A stretch of 20,000 nt of DNA from an uncultured virus (IMG/VR IMGVR_UViG_3300035682_000022) (lineage: Duplodnaviria; Heunggongvirae; Uroviricota; Caudoviricetes): the IMG/VR virus record IMGVR_UViG_3300035682_000022. The stretch is one strand, 5' to 3'. The notes under the pieces were generated by a model, which ran no database searches, was not told the DNA's origin, and saw only the letters and a list, made by a program, of their open reading frames with translations. Shown in pieces: positions 16,701 to 20,000 of the stretch; the first letter of the stretch is position 1; each line of letters starts with the position of its first letter. The position numbers and the translations under genes were made by a program.

Positions 16701-18388
16701 AGAAAAATGTTTCTTTAAACTATTACGATTCTGCTTCAGGCATATATAAGATATCAAGCTTGCCAGTAAAGGCTATTCTTAACTATGAAGCTACAAAGTA
16801 TATATCTCCTTCGATTAGAAGTGGTTGGTATTTCCAAGATGGCGAAAGATTCATCTATGCAGATCCAAAAGTTGACGCAAGCCTTAATCAACCAGAGGTG
16901 GTTCTAGAACAGCTTGCTAGAAAGGGTTCTCCAATAATCGTTTCAACGGTAGATTCTAGTGGATCTACCGTCAATTATAATCAAGTTTCATTCTTCGATG
17001 AAGCTACACCCAGCTTGTATTCTCATTATAATTACGAATACATAACAGCTAAAAACACAAACAGTATGTATTTAGCATATTCAAACGTATTTGACGTAAC
17101 AATAGTCGATACATATACAGGAGAAACTGTTTGCTCTGGTGTTTCTTCGGAAGACAATTATATAAACATTATATCTTTCCCAGAAAATCAACCATTTAAA
17201 ATTGGAAGATCTTACAGAGCATCGTATAGAGTGGTAGACGTTTTTAATATAGACAATCAATATTTCAATACTGTCGACAATGATTATAGGACAAAGGTTT
17301 CATTACTCAGTACTCCAAATGCAAGCTATCGCACTTACATAACGTATGAGTCAGCACTTCAAGATGATGATTACGAATTGCCAGAATTAAAACTTAATCC
17401 ATTATACTCGGCATTAGATTCTGGGTACATTTATCTTTCTCATGAAGAATATGATTATGATACTTTTGATTACATTCTTTCTCCTAAACAAGTACTTGCT
17501 GATGGAAAAGATTCTATGATTTTAAATGTTTTTTCTAAAGACATAAACGGAAATCCAAAACCATATAAAGATTTCATCATATCTGGTTCTAACATATCAT
17601 CGACTCCTTCCACTATTACTTCTAATGTAGACGGCTATGCTAGATCTCAGATCAAGTACACTGGAGCAAATGTTCCATATCAAAGTTCTTCATACTTGTA
17701 CATAAAAGATCAGGACAATTATAGCGCTACAGTTAATTATTACGTAAAGCCAAACCCAAGCTCAATTGATAGATTGACAGCAGAAGTGGATGCAAAAATT
17801 ATTACAGCAGATGGTGTTCAAACTGTAAGAATAAATGGAAAAACAAATCCAAATGTTTTTGTTTATTGGAGAAAATCTAGAAATTTAAAAGACCTATTTG
17901 ATACAGCCTATAGCACTACAGACGTAGTTCCAGGTAAGACTTATAACTCCGGCAGAGTACTCTCTGACTCCCAGGGCTATTTTAATATTGGCAATTTTAT
18001 AGCCCAAGATGATGCTATTCCTGGATATTGGTTTGTCTCAGTTGAAACTAATCTAAACACAGATGCTGGAATACCAACTTCTATTTTGAGCGGAGATATT
18101 GTCTGCTGGTATGAAAAGTATGACTCTACACAATCAACCCTAGATGAGCCTGTTCTTAGCCCTGGTTTTAATGTAAATCCTAACTATAAACATTACGCTT
18201 CAAACGTAGCATTTAAAGTAAACACTTTAACAGAACAGGTTTACTATAACAGCAGTGCAACACCAACCTGGAATCTGCCCGATTGGTACCCAATTTCTAG
18301 ATATACCCAATATGAAATGGGTTTATTAGGCGCTACACCCTATGTTGTTGAGTACTCTGATCTACATCCAGATTATGAAGAGGAATAG
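13727..18388 (+). CDS. Large baseplate wedge/tail protein (gpI/gp7-like segment) with two C-terminal Ig-like (Big_1-type) domains, 1553 aa
   Basis: TRSMLSRFPGW..GKFLNA (~14410-14525) and FDEFGLRVGLQRLYLESNENFKNRILDVY..SANGLKRTLRREL (~14846-14990) resemble P2 gpI-type segments. VLADGKDSMILNVFSKDINGNP..SNVDGYA and ITADGVQTVRING..SDSQGYF resemble Big_1 repeats (~17470-18120). GGAG at 13711-13714 is a possible RBS. Confidence 0.65.
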   Translation: MKTYFLALRNEDFNVSSNVWTTDSIDLYANKFYTNYSTYRSPYGQNLLGDYTFTGTETLPNATPSLPNATVVTNYGEIVTDQDVGEYYIYNSSEEDDEFSYYDLVNGATPYRLLTPSSRVIFQRFVDMSSQIDIVGFKHAFSNLKGNENPTFSLKIKTSAEQSDNDSDWRQISNSNENVTVLFLRNVNRYNKFEITFDSETDLSDSNFLLLVQINIAETVSPVITDHTRSMLSRFPGWTKIYQDSLEKSTPLLALPETNAGKFLNAASGEFLDRIDGLITRVELDSFIASVDLEQVDWLYVSQPIEPGFIMVRGDNIELSRLSSFDELVTSKLVDNVFFYNFLTFQLYTLKNYTTLYTDNTLIGQIPIQNFNTFDEFGLRVGLQRLYLESNENFKNRILDVYINPPDISANGLKRTLRRELDIWRAYGATPNSQYQGATPEILEITDILNSLVYFNEEGNPKQEFFDLVEDLNKRFPSNYGYIKWGEAYWDYAGVLSEGVSRIPQYTDATPMATQNYQPGIGDFEDARLVLEKLDKKTKEYSFSLRAYGYKYDTVTTDNYEPIKVAYDTYLSYSEPYYDHDTATINYEIYLKLNQHGYIGADRTFKANLTDYVKNAYAPDSSSSPEYITKDIFGPSGLTSNQIIFYSVDTAATPYLNTISPSATESYTITQIPLYAVQQATINYISSKNPSGATGDYVWASFSSGSMANNSSKVVVKNFSNQTYSDGQIKINSNIYSAAKNRIVQTQKVRYYGDYTIINYPSVGSSKSNITMSITDVLKHFSMPTNATPLYIHVDNVLVGSYEKAPIYDSAKIYGGISVNRDENEPYYIPSSPNINISLIGATIASPSSHGDYDNTSGSTVNYFFTQTKIPFASTPSSIVIRSKDGAVYPFEYPVWEEFNANSIDQYNFFMSENGVVHASPNVNQDLLETKNSNVIDYYTIQRSDFGLGDYASSPNLYFTSVEAINENDDVTIWTDYNFIENEKTVYTDDLEKNVSLNYYDSASGIYKISSLPVKAILNYEATKYISPSIRSGWYFQDGERFIYADPKVDASLNQPEVVLEQLARKGSPIIVSTVDSSGSTVNYNQVSFFDEATPSLYSHYNYEYITAKNTNSMYLAYSNVFDVTIVDTYTGETVCSGVSSEDNYINIISFPENQPFKIGRSYRASYRVVDVFNIDNQYFNTVDNDYRTKVSLLSTPNASYRTYITYESALQDDDYELPELKLNPLYSALDSGYIYLSHEEYDYDTFDYILSPKQVLADGKDSMILNVFSKDINGNPKPYKDFIISGSNISSTPSTITSNVDGYARSQIKYTGANVPYQSSSYLYIKDQDNYSATVNYYVKPNPSSIDRLTAEVDAKIITADGVQTVRINGKTNPNVFVYWRKSRNLKDLFDTAYSTTDVVPGKTYNSGRVLSDSQGYFNIGNFIAQDDAIPGYWFVSVETNLNTDAGIPTSILSGDIVCWYEKYDSTQSTLDEPVLSPGFNVNPNYKHYASNVAFKVNTLTEQVYYNSSATPTWNLPDWYPISRYTQYEMGLLGATPYVVEYSDLHPDYEEE

Positions 18389-18391
18389 TTT

Positions 18392-20000
18392 GTGAAAGCT
18401 TTTAAAAATGTTACGAACCAAGGCAATGAGCCTGCTGTAAAAAAGGCTGTACATCTTCCAGAAGATTCAATTAATTTAGGTTGGTTTAATTCAACAGAGA
18501 TTACTCCAGAAATGCACCTATCTGTTTCTGACCTTTCTGGATTGATACCAGAAAATGTTGTTCCAGTAAGCACGTCGGAAATAGATACAGCAATGTATGC
18601 TGATGAATTTGGTGTTTTAAGATACTTAAAAACTAATCAAGAAATGAATCAAGGATTTGGTTCTCCTATAGTAGCTAATTCTGAAGTTTCTATAAGTAAC
18701 TACATTGCAAGTGAAGAACAAGCAGACATAAACTTTAATTACACTGGTAGAGAAGTAGCTTTTGAGTCTGAAATGTTTATACATAGTTATTATGTAAGCA
18801 ATTTTTTTACATTGTTGGACTCAACCGTATCAAATTATAATGGAATAGAAAAATCTGCTGAACTTAGAGAGCCATCTAAGTCTGGAATACAAGTAGTAGA
18901 TGGTTCCGGAAATAACTTTTTAGATTCTAATGGAAAAAATAAATATAAAATTATATTAGAAAAATATACAAACAATAGATCAGTCGTAGAGTTGTCTGGT
19001 ACAAGATATCAAGGCCTTGATTTGTATAGAATAATAGTTTTATTAGAAGAAGTTAATCCAAAAGATCTTTATCTTATTTATAATAAATATGAAAAGAATG
19101 AAGATAACATTCCTTATAATCCATTTTTTGCCTATAAAGAAAAAGTAAATACAATACCATACTATAAGTATGTTATAGAAGAATCTGAAGTAATAGATCC
19201 AAGCTCTTCTGAAAGAAAAGTGTATTCAACACAATTATTTTCTTATAAAGAAAATGAATTATTAAAAACAAGAATATCCAATGATGGCTGGAAAATTTAT
19301 GCTCCTAGAAAAGCCATACAAGATCCAAGAACTTTTCAATCATTTAACTGGAGACTATTAGCAAAGATTACTTACAATTATTCTAACGTAAGAAACGTTT
19401 ATGCAGACTCCGAAAGGGCAACATTAAATGTCGGAGTGCTTTATTCTGGTCAAGCTTCTGACGCAAAGAATGCTTACGTATTTGCAAACATGGAGGAGTC
19501 AGTATTTAATCTTCAGAATTATCTTTTTCAAAATCCTATTGCAGCAAGTACTAACAATAAATCTCAAAGAAGCTATTGGCTAGTAAACATAGACGATAAT
19601 ACAATTGATTATAGTAGGTTTGATATTTTGGTGTGGACACCAACACAAGCTATTACTGAGCTTCAAGGCAATGCGGTCAATAGAGCTTTAATTTCTAATG
19701 CTTCAGTTTTTATAGACGCTTCACTGATATCTTCTAATCTTTCTTATTTAGGTATAGATTTGTCTATAACCAATACTTCAACTGGATTCCTGACCGTACA
19801 AGATACATATAAGACTGGCCACACGACCATGAATGCTTGGGATCTTTCTGAATATAATGAGTCTTCAACTAGCCCTAGGTACAGCATATTTGGAAAAAGA
19901 ACTGAAGTTTTGAATAGTGATTCAGTTGTTCCACTAAGAACTTTTAATGCTAGTCCCTCAACACAATCTTCTTCAGTTGCCTTAGTATCTGTTGGATCAA
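18392..20000 (+). CDS. Hypothetical (probably structural) protein, 3'-truncated, >=536 aa; absent from the ORF track
   Basis: GTG at 18392 preceded by GAGGA (18380-18384). Manual translation MKAFKNVTNQGNEPAVKKAVHLPEDSINLGWFNS...ALVSVGS shows no stop before the window end. Confidence 0.85.
   Translation, partial: MKAFKNVTNQGNEPAVKKAVHLPEDSINLGWFNSTEITPEMHLSVSDLSGLIPENVVPVSTSEIDTAMYADEFGVLRYLKTNQEMNQGFGSPIVANSEVSISNYIASEEQADINFNYTGREVAFESEMFIHSYYVSNFFTLLDSTVSNYNGIEKSAELREPSKSGIQVVDGSGNNFLDSNGKNKYKIILEKYTNNRSVVELSGTRYQGLDLYRIIVLLEEVNPKDLYLIYNKYEKNEDNIPYNPFFAYKEKVNTIPYYKYVIEESEVIDPSSSERKVYSTQLFSYKENELLKTRISNDGWKIYAPRKAIQDPRTFQSFNWRLLAKITYNYSNVRNVYADSERATLNVGVLYSGQASDAKNAYVFANMEESVFNLQNYLFQNPIAASTNNKSQRSYWLVNIDDNTIDYSRFDILVWTPTQAITELQGNAVNRALISNASVFIDASLISSNLSYLGIDLSITNTSTGFLTVQDTYKTGHTTMNAWDLSEYNESSTSPRYSIFGKRTEVLNSDSVVPLRTFNASPSTQSSSVALVSVGS

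Noticed and set aside
1193..18573. Other short minus-strand ORFs (61-99 aa) in the track
   Set aside because: All overlap long, motif-supported + strand genes and have no recognisable motifs.
1..20000. Bacterial eCIS/T6SS/tailocin locus rather than phage
   Set aside because: No Tss, Afp ATPase or immunity-like genes in view; wall hydrolases, phage-type phosphoesterase and gene packing favour a phage. Not fully excluded because capsid and terminase genes are outside the window.
1..20000. CRISPR arrays, tRNA/rRNA, IS elements, intrinsic terminators, DGR repeats
   Set aside because: Window is almost fully coding; no spaced direct repeats, hairpin-plus-U tracts, transposase or reverse transcriptase motifs seen by eye.

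Overview
AT-rich, densely packed, all + strand segment that reads as the tail-tip/baseplate module of a large contractile-tailed (myovirus-like, possibly jumbo) phage. Gene order: (1) 5'-truncated giant protein (>=2550 aa) with baseplate-hub-like (T4 gp27/P2 gpD) segments, glycine-rich hydrophobic segments, a degenerate RlpA-like barrel and a C-terminal staphylococcal-nuclease (SNase)-like domain; (2) peptidoglycan hydrolase (M15/LAS-type Zn peptidase + SLT lytic transglycosylase) broken into three ORFs by two +1 frameshifts; (3) gpV/gp5-like OB-fold spike protein; (4) possible spike beta-strand protein; (5) gp25-like wedge protein; (6) baseplate J-like protein; (7) calcineurin-like metallophosphoesterase with its own candidate extended -10 promoter; (8) 1553-aa gpI-like wedge protein with Ig-like domains and ten dispersed A-T-P tripeptides; (9) 3'-truncated ORF missing from the ORF track. 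All family calls come from motif recognition by eye and gene order; no database search was run. No RNA genes, CRISPR arrays or mobile elements were seen.
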